DNA of 64,000 nt from NCBI GenBank assembly GCA_023662865.1, contig JAMPIK010000009.1:3791-67790 (forward strand), read 5' to 3'. The notes under the pieces were generated by a model. The model saw only the letters and a list, made by a program, of their open reading frames with translations, was not told the origin of the DNA and made no database searches. Of the stretch, positions 38,090-48,841 are shown piece after piece. The stretch comes from Prevotella sp. (GTDB lineage Bacteria > Bacteroidota > Bacteroidia > Bacteroidales > Muribaculaceae). The position numbers were made by a program, and so were the translations under genes. Every line of letters begins with the position of its first letter. The first letter of the stretch is position 1.

Positions 38090-39493
38090 ATGATTAATCG
38101 CGTTCTGATAAGAATAAAGGTTGTACAACTCTTGTATTCATACCTGCTGACCGAAAAGTTGTTTACTTTGGAAAGCCAGCCCACTCCTCCCACCAAGGAG
38201 AAGCGTTTCGCTTACCAATTGTATATTGATATGCTGACTCTTATGACACGCATAGCCTCCGAGGTGCAACAGCGCGGTGGCCACAAACCATTGGCCGACA
38301 ACAGATTTATTCGCACACTGTTGGCCGATGAGAAGATAAAGACGCAATTAGCCAAAGATCGACTGAATCCTACTCCTCTAAGCTCCGAGGCATTGGTAAG
38401 TCGCATCAGTGAAGCCGTAAAAGAAACAGCATTCTATAAAGATTACGCCAAGAGCGAGAGCCTTGATATGGCTCATGACTTGAAAGTGTGGCGCGATATC
38501 TTCAATATTATACTCAAACCGGATGCCGGTTTAGCTCGTATATACGCCGAGCTCCCAAACTATTCTCCTCGCGGTGTGGAACGTATGCAGGAGCTTATGG
38601 TGACAACCTTCGCAAATTTCTCATCGTCTCAAGGACATGTGTCCGATGCCTCTAAAACCCTTGACTTCTCTTTGCGTAAAGCCAACGAGCTTTATCACCT
38701 CATCTTGTTGCTCATCGTGGATTTGACGCGTCTGCGTGAGCAAAATTTGGATTCTCGCAGGCATAAATATGTCGTGACAGAGGAAGACCTCAATCCCGAT
38801 ATGCGCTTCGTTGACAATAAACTAGCTCTCCGTATTGCCGAAGATCCGCAGTTTCAAGCATATGCGGAGAAAAACAAACTGTCTTGGTTCACTCATGACG
38901 CAGCCACTCTTGATTACCTGCTCAAAAAGGTGCTTGACAGTGACTTCTACAAAAAATATATGGAAGCACCCGAAGCCTCTTTCCATGACGATTGCCTGCT
39001 GTGGAAAAACTTGCTGCGCTACGTAATCCTTCCGGACGAGGAATTGCAAGACACTCTGGAAAGCAAATCAGTCTTCTGGAACGATGACCTTGACTCGATA
39101 GGTACTTTCGTACTCAAAACCTTGCGCCGTTACGAAGACGGAGAGCCGGAACCACTCCTCCCGATGTATAAAGACGATGAGGATGCACGTTTCGGCAAGG
39201 AACTATTCAACGCGGTAATCAAAGGAAAGGAAACAGCCACTGAAATAATTGAGCAGGCTCTCAACAAAGATTCGTGGGAGTCTGATCGATTGGCCTTTAT
39301 GGATGTCGTGATACTGCGCACCGCTCTGGCCGAGTTGCTCAACTTCCCGAAAATTCCGGTTAGTGTAACCGTAAACGAATACATTGAAATCGCGAAGGCT
39401 TACAGCACCCCAAAAAGTTCATATTTCATCAACGGTTTGCTCGGCGCCGCAGTGGCTAATCTGCGCGAACAGGGCAAACTCCTTAAACCGTAA
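38090..39493 (+). CDS. nusB: Transcription antitermination factor NusB, 467 aa, with an internally duplicated N-terminal domain
   Basis: MINRVLIRIKVVQ start; C-terminal NusB fold WESDRLAFMD, VTVNEYIEIAKAYSTPKS..FING. Confidence 0.93.
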   Translation: MINRVLIRIKVVQLLYSYLLTEKLFTLESQPTPPTKEKRFAYQLYIDMLTLMTRIASEVQQRGGHKPLADNRFIRTLLADEKIKTQLAKDRLNPTPLSSEALVSRISEAVKETAFYKDYAKSESLDMAHDLKVWRDIFNIILKPDAGLARIYAELPNYSPRGVERMQELMVTTFANFSSSQGHVSDASKTLDFSLRKANELYHLILLLIVDLTRLREQNLDSRRHKYVVTEEDLNPDMRFVDNKLALRIAEDPQFQAYAEKNKLSWFTHDAATLDYLLKKVLDSDFYKKYMEAPEASFHDDCLLWKNLLRYVILPDEELQDTLESKSVFWNDDLDSIGTFVLKTLRRYEDGEPEPLLPMYKDDEDARFGKELFNAVIKGKETATEIIEQALNKDSWESDRLAFMDVVILRTALAELLNFPKIPVSVTVNEYIEIAKAYSTPKSSYFINGLLGAAVANLREQGKLLKP

Positions 39494-39512
39494 ATTTAAT
39501 CAATAACTCAAT

Positions 39513-39824
39513 ATGCTTAACACAATTCTTCTCCAAGACCAAGCCGGAGGCGGCTACACCGGAATACTCATGATTGTGGCCATGGTAGTCATCTTCTACT
39601 TCTTTATGATTCGTCCGCAGAACAAGAAGCAGAAAGAGATACGCAAGGCTCGCGAGGCAATGCAGAAAGGTGACAAAGTGGTTACCGCCGGCGGTATCTA
39701 TGGCCGTATAAAAGAGGTGAAAGAAACCACCTTCATGGTTGAAATAGCCGAAGGCGTTATTATCAAAATAGAAAAGACATCTGTTTACGCCGACCCCGGC
39801 ACTCCCGCTCCGGCAGCCAAGTAA
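39513..39824 (+). CDS. yajC: Preprotein translocase subunit YajC
   Basis: YFFMIRPQNKKQK, GDKVVTAGGIYG. Confidence 0.97.
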   Translation: MLNTILLQDQAGGGYTGILMIVAMVVIFYFFMIRPQNKKQKEIRKAREAMQKGDKVVTAGGIYGRIKEVKETTFMVEIAEGVIIKIEKTSVYADPGTPAPAAK

Positions 39825-39836
39825 GCACTCGGTGCA

Positions 39837-40826
39837 ATGGCTAACGACCGGCCTTCTATATGGCGCAAGATGCGCAATTGGATAGTAGCCGCAGGCAAGC
39901 TCAAAAGCCTGTGGCAATACTTATTGTTTGTAATCTTGGCCGGTGTCTTTTGGCTGGTTATGGCTCTCAACGATCAGGCACAGTCCGATTTCACTGTCAA
40001 GGTGGAAATTACCGGTGTGCCCGATTCTGTGACTTTTATCTCCAATCCGCCAACGCAATTTAATGTTACCGTGCGCGATAAAGGCACACTCCTTTTTCGT
40101 CGCAAATTTATGGAGCAGCCGATTGTTCGTATCTCTTTCAGTGAGTTTACCTCTTCTAACAAACTGAGAGTAAGTTCATCTGCCGTGATGAGCCGACTCC
40201 GCGCCATTTTCGGTACTGATGCATCTATAAATGTGACGTCCGTCGACAGTATAAGTGTGGAATATACCACCTCCCCCGGCAAGGTGGTGCCCATACGCGT
40301 GGACGCCGATGTTACCGCCGCATTAGGTAAGGTGGTCAACGGCAGTCCCAAGCTGAACATAAGCAAGGCCACTCTCTACAGTGTGGGTAATCTTGTAGAT
40401 ACCGTAACCTATGTTACCACAATGCCGGTAGTGCGCCGCAACCTGTCAGACCCCTGCAAACTGAATGTGGCTATTCGTCCCATTAAAGGTGTGCGTATCG
40501 AACCGGCAACGGTTGAGGTGACAATACCCGTGGAGCCGCTTGAAAACCGCAAAGTGATGGTGCCGATTGAAGCTGTCGGCGTTCCCGACAACGAGAGCGT
40601 GTCGTTCTTCCCTCAAAAGGTGGAAGTGACATACCTCGTGCCGATGAGCGCACGCGAGGATATCCCCGTCTCTGACTTCAAAGTAGTAGCCGATTATACT
40701 GATGTGGCCGCCTCCGCTTCCGATAAGGTGAATATAAAGATATTGTCTTTGCCCAAGGCTGTGAGCAGTGCAACCGTGTCACACGACAGTGTCGAATACA
40801 CAATAATCCGAAACGTAAGTTACTGA
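39837..40826 (+). CDS. YbbR/CdaR-like domain protein
   Basis: One TM helix then repeated beta domains (VRDKG, P.TVEV..PVE, FPQKVEV). Confidence 0.75.
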   Translation: MANDRPSIWRKMRNWIVAAGKLKSLWQYLLFVILAGVFWLVMALNDQAQSDFTVKVEITGVPDSVTFISNPPTQFNVTVRDKGTLLFRRKFMEQPIVRISFSEFTSSNKLRVSSSAVMSRLRAIFGTDASINVTSVDSISVEYTTSPGKVVPIRVDADVTAALGKVVNGSPKLNISKATLYSVGNLVDTVTYVTTMPVVRRNLSDPCKLNVAIRPIKGVRIEPATVEVTIPVEPLENRKVMVPIEAVGVPDNESVSFFPQKVEVTYLVPMSAREDIPVSDFKVVADYTDVAASASDKVNIKILSLPKAVSSATVSHDSVEYTIIRNVSY

Positions 40827-41410
40827 TGACTATCATTTGTGTTACAGGCGGAATTGGCAGTGGCAAAAGTGTTGTGTGCCGAATATGCGCCCTCAAAGGT
40901 GTGCCGGTGTATGACTGCGACTCAAAGGCCAAACAACTCATGCAGACCGACCCGGAACTAAGGGCTTTCCTTATTGATGAAATCGGGCCGGAGGCATTCA
41001 ACGATGCCGGAGTGCTCAACCGCCAACTCCTCGCTGACAAGATATTTGCAAACGATAGCGTACGCCGGAATGTAGAGACTCAAGTTCATGCGGCCGTGCG
41101 CCGCGACATATCTGCATGGGTAGATGCGTTGGAAACTCAATACCGAGTGGCAATAATTGAAACGGCAATACCCTACAAGTCTTCAATAGACAAAATTGTT
41201 GACGGAATATGGGCAATTTCCGCTCCGGAAGATGTGAGAATACAACGAGTGCAAAGGCGTTCGGCTCTCACAAGCCGACAGATATGTGACCGCATGAACG
41301 CCCAACGTACTGAATTTGCATCGCTTCCCCCCGAAAATACAGATTATATCAACAACGACGGCCTCACTCCTCTTCTGCCCGAAATTTATAGATTACTTTC
41401 AAAATATTAA
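40826..41410 (+). CDS. coaE: Dephospho-CoA kinase
   Basis: TGGIGSGKS, YDCD, LNRQLLA. Confidence 0.95.
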   Translation: MTIICVTGGIGSGKSVVCRICALKGVPVYDCDSKAKQLMQTDPELRAFLIDEIGPEAFNDAGVLNRQLLADKIFANDSVRRNVETQVHAAVRRDISAWVDALETQYRVAIIETAIPYKSSIDKIVDGIWAISAPEDVRIQRVQRRSALTSRQICDRMNAQRTEFASLPPENTDYINNDGLTPLLPEIYRLLSKY

Positions 41411-41414
41411 AAAT

Positions 41415-41843
41415 ATGCTCAAGACAATACTTTCAATCACCGGCAAGCCCGGACTTTTCAAAATAGTAAGCAACGGCAAGAATATGCTGCTTGTTGAAGA
41501 CCTCATCAGCGGCAAGAAGTATCCGGCTCACGGTCGCGATAAAATCGTAAGTCTCGGCGATATTTCCATGTACACCAACGCTGACGAAGTGGCTCTCGCA
41601 GAGGTGTTTGAAAACGCCAACAAACTTTACGAAGGCAAGCCCGTAGACCTCAAAGCGCTTATTGCTGCCGGTCAGCTGCGCGATGAGTTCGCCAAAGTGC
41701 TTCCCGACTATGACCGCGATCGCGTATACGATGGTGACATCAAGAAATTCTTCACATGGTACAATCTCCTGCTCCAAGCCGGTTTCTCCACCTTCGTGGA
41801 CGCCCCGGCCGAAGAAGCCGAGCAACCCGCCGAAGAAAAGTAA
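41415..41843 (+). CDS. DUF5606 domain protein
   Basis: MLKTILSITGKPGLFK, SLGDISMYT, PDYDRDRVY..DIKK...WYN. Confidence 0.85.
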   Translation: MLKTILSITGKPGLFKIVSNGKNMLLVEDLISGKKYPAHGRDKIVSLGDISMYTNADEVALAEVFENANKLYEGKPVDLKALIAAGQLRDEFAKVLPDYDRDRVYDGDIKKFFTWYNLLLQAGFSTFVDAPAEEAEQPAEEK

Positions 41844-41867
41844 TAGAAGTTGATTAGAAACAATCAG

Positions 41868-41897
41868 AAGGGGTGTCGATTTCTTGAACACCCCTTT
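41868..41897 (+). terminator. Terminator of the nusB operon
   Basis: AAGGGGTGT / ACACCCCTT stem followed by T-rich sequence. Confidence 0.7.
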
Positions 41898-41914
41898 GTT
41901 ATATCCGAAAAGAT

Positions 41915-42463
41915 ATGGGTAAATATAAAAATGTGTATAAACAGAGTTTAAAATCAAGCATAATTGCTATGGTTGCGTTGGTGTTACTTCTTTGTTGCAG
42001 CGGTTGCTTTTCTCACTCATCACAGGAAAAACTTGCAGAGGCTGTAAATGAGTTAAACAAAGAGTGCTTTCCCGATTCGGTCCGGCTGTATTCCAACCGT
42101 ACCAAGCAATTATTTGTTTTAGAAAAATTTCAATATGATGAGAAGCACAATAAAGTAGTGGCACTGATGAATGAGGACTTGGTTACCGAATATGATTTGA
42201 AAATGATAGACGATCCTATGCATCGGGAGTTTTGGGACAGGTCTGTTTTGAAGCTTGTCTACAAACACCATCTTACCGCTGATTTATTGAAAGCACTTAT
42301 AGAAGCGGAAAGCTCGCTCTATATTACATTTAAATTACCGACATCTCAAAAAGAGGCGGCAATAATCCTTGAAAGAGTTGCGATATCTGATTTCCTGAAA
42401 AAGAAAGAGAAACAACAATACGACATATTGCGTAAATCCAAAGAAAGCAAAGATTGGCTCTGA
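41915..42463 (+). CDS. Hypothetical AT-rich exported or lipoprotein (start may be ATG 41969)
   Basis: 182-aa ORF with hydrophobic segment and LLCCSGC lipobox-like motif; no family recognised. Confidence 0.6.
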   Translation: MGKYKNVYKQSLKSSIIAMVALVLLLCCSGCFSHSSQEKLAEAVNELNKECFPDSVRLYSNRTKQLFVLEKFQYDEKHNKVVALMNEDLVTEYDLKMIDDPMHREFWDRSVLKLVYKHHLTADLLKALIEAESSLYITFKLPTSQKEAAIILERVAISDFLKKKEKQQYDILRKSKESKDWL

Positions 42464-42569
42464 TGCACATTTTATGAATAACATATTCGGATAAAATGTA
42501 CCGAAGAGTTGCAACGCAATTTACCGACCGTTGTTTTTTATTAAAAAAAATAAAAAAATGCGGGTGGGT

Positions 42570-42601
42570 GTTGCATAATTCATTAAGTATTAGTAACTTT
42601 G
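42570..42601 (+). promoter_or_regulatory. str/S10 operon promoter
   Basis: GTTG, 20 nt, TAACTTTG (42594-42601); leader of about 180 nt to rpsL. Confidence 0.75.
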
Positions 42602-42786
42602 CATCGCTTTTATGGGCTAATTGTGTCTCTGTGACGTTGCTAACAATCTTATTATTAGATGGTTAGTTGTGTCTATGGGCGCGTTAAAATGTGAGTAAAA
42701 ACATCGGCTTATGTTCTGACTTCACCCTGAAAGCCTCTGAAATTGTTAAAAAATATAGTTCTAATATAAATCAAAACAGACAAAGA

Positions 42787-43170
42787 ATGCCTACGATTCA
42801 ACAATTAGTAAGAAAAGGACGTGTTGCTTTGGAAGACAAGAGCAAGAGCCCCGCGCTCGACTCATGCCCCCAGCGCCGTGGCGTCTGCGTTCGTGTGTAC
42901 ACCACCACACCCAAGAAGCCTAACTCAGCTATGCGTAAGGTAGCTCGTGTACGCCTAACCAACGGTAAGGAGGTCAACTCCTATATTCCCGGAGAAGGCC
43001 ACAACCTGCAAGAGCACAGCATCGTGATGGTGCGCGGCGGTCGTGTTAAAGACCTCCCCGGTGTGCGTTATCACATCGTACGCGGCACTCTGGATACCGC
43101 CGGTGTTAACGGCCGCACCCAGCGTCGCTCCAAATATGGTGCAAAACGTCCCAAAGCAGCTAAAAAGTAA
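42787..43170 (+). CDS. rpsL: 30S ribosomal protein S12
   Basis: [33 protein letters not shown]. Confidence 0.99.
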   Translation: MPTIQQLVRKGRVALEDKSKSPALDSCPQRRGVCVRVYTTTPKKPNSAMRKVARVRLTNGKEVNSYIPGEGHNLQEHSIVMVRGGRVKDLPGVRYHIVRGTLDTAGVNGRTQRRSKYGAKRPKAAKK

Positions 43171-43337
43171 CGAGTAGCGGACAAGGTATTTCCGCAGTAA
43201 AACAACACTAAATTTTCTAATTGGTTTTTGATTTATTGGATTATTACAGGTTGAGTAAACGACTCCAAAACGGGGAGCAACGTTGAAGATGCCCGACAGC
43301 AGCCAACAAACAAAAACAAAAAAATTTTCCCACTGCA

Positions 43338-43814
43338 ATGAGAAAAGCAAAGCCTAAAAAAAGAGTGATACTGCCTGATCCCGTGTTCGGCGATGTTCGT
43401 GTCACTAAATTCGTTAACCACCTCATGTACGACGGTAAGAAGAACACTGCATTCACTATCTTCTACACCGCTCTTGAGACAGTTAAGGCTAAAATGCCCA
43501 ACGAGGAGAAATCAGCTCTCGAAATTTGGAAAAAAGCCCTTGAGAACGTTACTCCTACCGTTGAGGTTAAGTCTCGCCGTATCGGCGGCGCCACTTTCCA
43601 GGTGCCTACCGAAATCCGCGCAGACCGCAAGGAATCTATTTCAATGAAGAACCTCATCATTTTCGCTCGCAAACGCGGCGGAAAGACAATGGCCGACAAG
43701 CTCGCCGCTGAAATCGTTGACGCTTACAACGACCAGGGTGGTGCTTTCAAGCGTAAAGAGGATATGCACCGCATGGCAGAAGCTAACCGTGCGTTCGCTC
43801 ACTTCCGTTTCTAA
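43338..43814 (+). CDS. rpsG: 30S ribosomal protein S7
   Basis: [33 protein letters not shown]. Confidence 0.99.
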   Translation: MRKAKPKKRVILPDPVFGDVRVTKFVNHLMYDGKKNTAFTIFYTALETVKAKMPNEEKSALEIWKKALENVTPTVEVKSRRIGGATFQVPTEIRADRKESISMKNLIIFARKRGGKTMADKLAAEIVDAYNDQGGAFKRKEDMHRMAEANRAFAHFRF

Positions 43815-43865
43815 TAAGAGGCTCTCCGAATTTCATTAGATTCTCAAAAGAATTTTTACAGAAAA

Positions 43866-45989
43866 ATGGCTAAAAACGAAGATCTGAATTTAACCAGAAA
43901 TATCGGCATCATGGCTCATATTGATGCCGGCAAAACCACTACCTCCGAGCGTATCCTTTTCTACACCGGTCTGACTCACAAGATTGGTGAGGTGCACGAT
44001 GGTGCCGCTACAATGGACTGGATGGAGCAGGAGCAGGAACGTGGTATTACAATTACTTCCGCCGCTACCACCACTTTCTGGAACTACAACGGCAAGAAGT
44101 ATAAAATCAACCTGATTGACACTCCGGGACACGTTGACTTTACCGTTGAGGTGGAGCGTTCATTGCGTGTGCTTGACGGTGCCGTGGCTGCCTTCTGCGC
44201 CGTTGGCGGTGTAGAACCCCAGTCAGAGACAGTATGGCGTCAGGCTGAAAAATACAATGTTCCCCGTATTGGCTACGTAAACAAAATGGACCGTTCAGGT
44301 GCTAACTTCTTTGAGGTTGTACGTCAGGTGAAAGATGTGCTCGGTGCAACTCCGCTGCCCATCCAGATACCTATCGGTGCCGAAGAAACATTCAAAGGCG
44401 TTGTGGACCTCGTGATTATGAAGGCTATCTTCTGGCACGATGAAACAATGGGTGCTGAATATTCCGTAGAGGAAATTCCTGCAAACCTTCAGGCAGAAGC
44501 CGATGAATGGCGCGACAAAATGCTTGAGACTCTCGCTGAGTTTGACGAGGCTCTCATGGAGAAATATTTTGATGACCCCTCCACTATTACAGTAGACGAA
44601 ATCAAGGCCGCTATCCGCAAAGCTACTCTCGCGATGCAGATTAACCCCATGATTTGCGGTTCATCATTCAAAAACAAAGGCGTACAGACTTTGCTTGACG
44701 CGGTTTGCGCATACTTGCCTTCACCCGAAGACACCGGCGCAATCGAGGGCACCCTGCCCGGCGACCCCGACAGCATTGAGACTCGTAAACCGCTCCCCGA
44801 AGAGCCTATGTGTGCTCTCGCGTTCAAGATTGCAACTGACCCCTATGTAGGTCGTCTTTGCTTCTTCCGCGTTTACTCCGGTGAGATTGAGGCCGGTTCT
44901 TATTGCTTCAACTCTCGTTCCGGCAAGAAAGAACGTATCTCACGTCTGTTCCAGATGCACTCCAACAAGCAGAACCCGAAAGAGAAAATCGGTTGCGGTG
45001 ATATCGGCGCCGGTGTAGGTTTCAAGGATATCCGTACCGGTGACACTCTCTGCGCGGAAGACCACCCTATCGTGCTTGAGGCTATGGAATTCCCCGATCC
45101 CGTGATTGGTATTGCTGTAGAACCCAAGACTCAGAAAGACCTTGACAAACTCGGCGTAGGTCTGCAGAAGCTTGCCGAGGAAGACCCCACATTCCGCGTT
45201 GAGACAAACGAGGAGACCGGCCAGACAGTTATCTCCGGTATGGGTGAGCTCCACCTCGACATCATCATCGACCGTCTGAAACGTGAGTTCAAGGTTGAAT
45301 GTAATCAAGGTCGTCCGCAAGTTACTTACAAAGAAGCTATCACCCGGCCGGTTGAACTTCGCGAAGTATTCAAGAAGCAGACCGGTGGTCGCGGTAAGTT
45401 CGCAGACATTATCGTACGCGTAGAGCCTGCCGATGATGACTTTGAAGGTTCACTTCAGTTTATCGACGAGGTTAAGGGCGGTAACGTACCTAAGGAGTAT
45501 ATCCCCTCCGTACAGAAGGGCTTTACAACAGCAATGAAGAACGGTGTGCTCGCCGGCTACCCGGTAGAACGTCTGAAAGTTACATTGCTCGACGGTTCAT
45601 TCCACCCCGTAGACTCCGACCAGCTTTCATTCGAGCTTTGCGCTATCCAAGCATTCAAGAAGGCTTCCGAGAAGGCCGGCCCGGTACTCATGGAGCCTAT
45701 CATGAAGATTGAGGTTGTGACTCCCGAGGAGAGCATGGGTGACGTAATCGGTGACCTTAACAAGCGTCGCGGTCAGATTGAAGGCATGGAGACAAGCCGT
45801 TCCGGCGCACGTATCGTGAAAGCAATCGCTCCGCTTGCCGAGATGTTCGGTTACGTAACTGCATTGCGTACCATCACTTCCGGTCGCGCTACAAGCACCA
45901 TGTCATTCTCACACTACGCAGAGGTTAGCTCATCTATCGCCAAGAATGTACTCACAGAAGTGCAAGGTCGTGTAGATTTGCTCAAATAA
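43866..45989 (+). CDS. fusA: Elongation factor G
   Basis: [28 protein letters not shown]. Confidence 0.99.
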   Translation: MAKNEDLNLTRNIGIMAHIDAGKTTTSERILFYTGLTHKIGEVHDGAATMDWMEQEQERGITITSAATTTFWNYNGKKYKINLIDTPGHVDFTVEVERSLRVLDGAVAAFCAVGGVEPQSETVWRQAEKYNVPRIGYVNKMDRSGANFFEVVRQVKDVLGATPLPIQIPIGAEETFKGVVDLVIMKAIFWHDETMGAEYSVEEIPANLQAEADEWRDKMLETLAEFDEALMEKYFDDPSTITVDEIKAAIRKATLAMQINPMICGSSFKNKGVQTLLDAVCAYLPSPEDTGAIEGTLPGDPDSIETRKPLPEEPMCALAFKIATDPYVGRLCFFRVYSGEIEAGSYCFNSRSGKKERISRLFQMHSNKQNPKEKIGCGDIGAGVGFKDIRTGDTLCAEDHPIVLEAMEFPDPVIGIAVEPKTQKDLDKLGVGLQKLAEEDPTFRVETNEETGQTVISGMGELHLDIIIDRLKREFKVECNQGRPQVTYKEAITRPVELREVFKKQTGGRGKFADIIVRVEPADDDFEGSLQFIDEVKGGNVPKEYIPSVQKGFTTAMKNGVLAGYPVERLKVTLLDGSFHPVDSDQLSFELCAIQAFKKASEKAGPVLMEPIMKIEVVTPEESMGDVIGDLNKRRGQIEGMETSRSGARIVKAIAPLAEMFGYVTALRTITSGRATSTMSFSHYAEVSSSIAKNVLTEVQGRVDLLK

Positions 45990-46012
45990 TTTCTAAAAAA
46001 ACAAAACACAAT

Positions 46013-46318
46013 ATGAGCCAAAAAATCAGAATCAAACTCAAATCTTACGACCACAACCTCGTTGACAAGAGCGCCGAGAAGATCGTAAAGACTGTGAAGG
46101 CTACCGATGCAGTAGTGAGCGGCCCGATTCCACTGCCCACCTACAAGCGTATCTTCACCGTAAACCGCTCCACATTCGTTAACAAAAAGAGCCGCGAACA
46201 GTTCCAACTCTCATCTTATCAACGTCTTATAGATATCTATAGCTCAACTGCCAAAACAGTAGACGCGCTGATGAAGCTCGAACTCCCCTCCGGTGTTGAC
46301 GTAAGCATCAAGGTTTGA
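46013..46318 (+). CDS. rpsJ: 30S ribosomal protein S10
   Basis: [23 protein letters not shown]. Confidence 0.99.
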   Translation: MSQKIRIKLKSYDHNLVDKSAEKIVKTVKATDAVVSGPIPLPTYKRIFTVNRSTFVNKKSREQFQLSSYQRLIDIYSSTAKTVDALMKLELPSGVDVSIKV

Positions 46319-46412
46319 TATAACAAATAAATCTCATCGCATGGCGGGGCTACTTGTCGGCTGACATGCCCCCGCCCTGCAAACACAAACAATACAAATT
46401 TTTAATAAAGAA

Positions 46413-47027
46413 ATGCCAGGATTATTAGGAAAGAAAATCGGAATGACTTCCGTGTTCAGTGCCGACGGCAAGAACGTGCCGTGCACTGTTATCGAAGTAG
46501 GTCCTTGCGTGGTGACACAACTCAAGACCGTTGAGAAAGACGGCTACGAGGCAGTGCAGCTCGGCTTCCAAGAGAAGAAAGAGAAGCACACCAACAACCC
46601 CGAAGCCGGACACTTCAAGAAGGCCGGAGTAGCCCCGCAGCGCCACTTGGCTGAGTTCAAATTTGCTACCGCTCCCGCACTGGGTGAGACTCTCACTGTC
46701 GAGCTCTTTGAGGAAGGCGGATTTGTCGATGTTGTCGGCACAAGCAAAGGTAAAGGTTATCAGGGTGTTGTAAAACGCCACGGTTTCGGCGGTGTGGGTC
46801 AGAGTACTCACGGCCAGCACAACCGTCTGCGCGCACCCGGTTCTATCGGTGCCTGCTCCTATCCCGCCAAAGTGTTCAAAGGAATGCGCATGGCCGGCCA
46901 GATGGGCAACGAGCGTGTTACTGTGCAAAACCTGCAGATCATCAAGATTCTGCCCGAGCACAATCTGTTAATGGTGAAGGGTTCAATCCCCGGAGCTAAA
47001 GGTTCAATCGTTATAGTTGAGAAGTAA
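46413..47027 (+). CDS. rplC: 50S ribosomal protein L3
   Basis: [22 protein letters not shown]. Confidence 0.99.
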   Translation: MPGLLGKKIGMTSVFSADGKNVPCTVIEVGPCVVTQLKTVEKDGYEAVQLGFQEKKEKHTNNPEAGHFKKAGVAPQRHLAEFKFATAPALGETLTVELFEEGGFVDVVGTSKGKGYQGVVKRHGFGGVGQSTHGQHNRLRAPGSIGACSYPAKVFKGMRMAGQMGNERVTVQNLQIIKILPEHNLLMVKGSIPGAKGSIVIVEK

Positions 47028-47662
47028 TGGAAGTAGCAGTATATAACATCAATGGTGAAGACACCGGACGCAAAGTAGTGCTCAACGACGCCGTGTTCGC
47101 AGTAGAGGCCTCAAGCGAGTCCAATCCCGCACATGTCGTATATCTCGACGTAAAACAGTATTTGGCCAACCAGCGCCAGGGTACCCACAAGAGCAAAGAA
47201 CGCAGCGAAGTGAGCGGTTCAACCCGCAAACTCGGTCGTCAAAAAGGTGGTGGCGGTGCTCGCCGCGGTGATATCAACTCACCCGTACTTATCGGCGGTG
47301 GCCGTGTATTCGGTCCCAAACCCCGCGACTATCGCTTCAAGCTCAACAAAAAGGTGAAACAACTCGCACGCCGCCTTGCTCTTACAAGCAAAGCTCAGGA
47401 AGGTGCCATCAAGGTTGTGGAGAACATTGTCTGGGATGCTCCCAAGACAAAGAACTTCATCGCCATGACAAAGGCTCTTCAGCTTGACGGCAAAAACGTA
47501 CTGCTCGTGCTCAACTCCGCAGACGAGAACATCGTCCGCTCAGTGCGCAATGTGCCCGGTTCATTCACAATGCTCGCTTCAAACCTGAACGCTTACACAG
47601 TGCTCAACAATCAGGCTATCGTACTGACTGAAGCAGCGGTTGAGACAGTTAACGCACTTTAA
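47027..47662 (+). CDS. rplD: 50S ribosomal protein L4
   Basis: [30 protein letters not shown]. Confidence 0.99.
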   Translation: MEVAVYNINGEDTGRKVVLNDAVFAVEASSESNPAHVVYLDVKQYLANQRQGTHKSKERSEVSGSTRKLGRQKGGGGARRGDINSPVLIGGGRVFGPKPRDYRFKLNKKVKQLARRLALTSKAQEGAIKVVENIVWDAPKTKNFIAMTKALQLDGKNVLLVLNSADENIVRSVRNVPGSFTMLASNLNAYTVLNNQAIVLTEAAVETVNAL

Positions 47663-47693
47663 GTAAAACCACTAATAAGGAGTAAACACTATT

Positions 47694-47984
47694 ATGGACA
47701 TCCAGATTAAACCCATCGTAACCGAAAAGGCTACGAAAGCAAGCGAGAAGAACAATTGCTTCACCTTTGCAGTGTCTCCTGACGCCAACAAATATCAAAT
47801 CAAATCCCTGATTGAGCAGATGTATGGTGTCAAGGTGGTTAAAGTGAACACTGCCCTATATGCAGGCAAGCGCAAACAGCGTTGGACAAAAGGCGGACTC
47901 ATCAAGGGCTCCACAGCAGCATTCAAGAAGGCTTACGTCACAGTAGCCGAAGGACAGACAATCGACTATTACAGCAATTTATAA
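47694..47984 (+). CDS. rplW: 50S ribosomal protein L23
   Basis: PIVTEKA, ANKYQIK, KKAYVT. Confidence 0.98.
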   Translation: MDIQIKPIVTEKATKASEKNNCFTFAVSPDANKYQIKSLIEQMYGVKVVKVNTALYAGKRKQRWTKGGLIKGSTAAFKKAYVTVAEGQTIDYYSNL

Positions 47985-47990
47985 TAGAAA

Positions 47991-48818
47991 ATGGCAGTTA
48001 GAAAATTTAAGCCCACGACACCCGGGCAGCGACACAAAATTATTGGTGTATTCAAAGGAACAATCACTGCTACTACACCAGAGAAATCTCTTACCGTCGG
48101 CAAACGTTCCACCGGCGGACGCAACGCTGCCGGCCACCTTACAAACCGCTATCGCGGCGGCGGCCACAAGCGCAAACTCCGCTTCATCGACTTCAAGAGA
48201 GTAAAAGACGGTGTCCCCGCTACTGTAAAGAGCATTGAATACGATCCCAACCGTTCGGCTCGTATCGCTTTGCTTTACTATGTAGACGGTGAAAAAGCCT
48301 ATATGATTGCCCCCAACGGCCTGGAAGTAGGTCAGCAGGTAATCTCAGGTCCCGACGCAGCTCCCGAGGTAGGTAACGCCCTGCCTTTGGCTAAAATCCC
48401 TGTCGGTACCCTTATCCATTGTATTGAGCTGAGACCCGGTCAGGGTGCTTCCATGGCACGCAGCGCCGGTACATTCGCACAGCTCACTTCCCGTGAAGGT
48501 GACTATGCAATCATCAAATTGCCCTCCGGAGAGACCCGTAAAGTACTGCTCACCTGCAAAGCTACTATCGGTGTAGTCGGCAACTCCGACCACGCCCTTG
48601 AGCAAAGCGGTAAAGCAGGCCGCAGCCGCTGGTTGGGACGTCGTCCCCATAACCGCGGTGTTGTAATGAACCCTGTGGATCACCCCATGGGTGGTGGTGA
48701 AGGCCGTCAGAGTGGTGGTCATCCCCGTAGCCGCACAGGCCTCTACGCCAAGGGTCTGAAGACACGTGCTCCGAAGAAGAACTCTTCCAAGTACATCATT
48801 GAAAGAAGGAAAAAGTAA
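47991..48818 (+). CDS. rplB: 50S ribosomal protein L2
   Basis: [26 protein letters not shown]. Confidence 0.99.
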   Translation: MAVRKFKPTTPGQRHKIIGVFKGTITATTPEKSLTVGKRSTGGRNAAGHLTNRYRGGGHKRKLRFIDFKRVKDGVPATVKSIEYDPNRSARIALLYYVDGEKAYMIAPNGLEVGQQVISGPDAAPEVGNALPLAKIPVGTLIHCIELRPGQGASMARSAGTFAQLTSREGDYAIIKLPSGETRKVLLTCKATIGVVGNSDHALEQSGKAGRSRWLGRRPHNRGVVMNPVDHPMGGGEGRQSGGHPRSRTGLYAKGLKTRAPKKNSSKYIIERRKK

Positions 48819-48841
48819 TTGATTAAGTAAAGTCACAACAC

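Noticed and set aside
42467-42499. Bulged AT-rich hairpin as an integron attC site
   Set aside because: It lacks the RYYYAAC/GTTRRRY core ends, and there is no integrase or cassette array.
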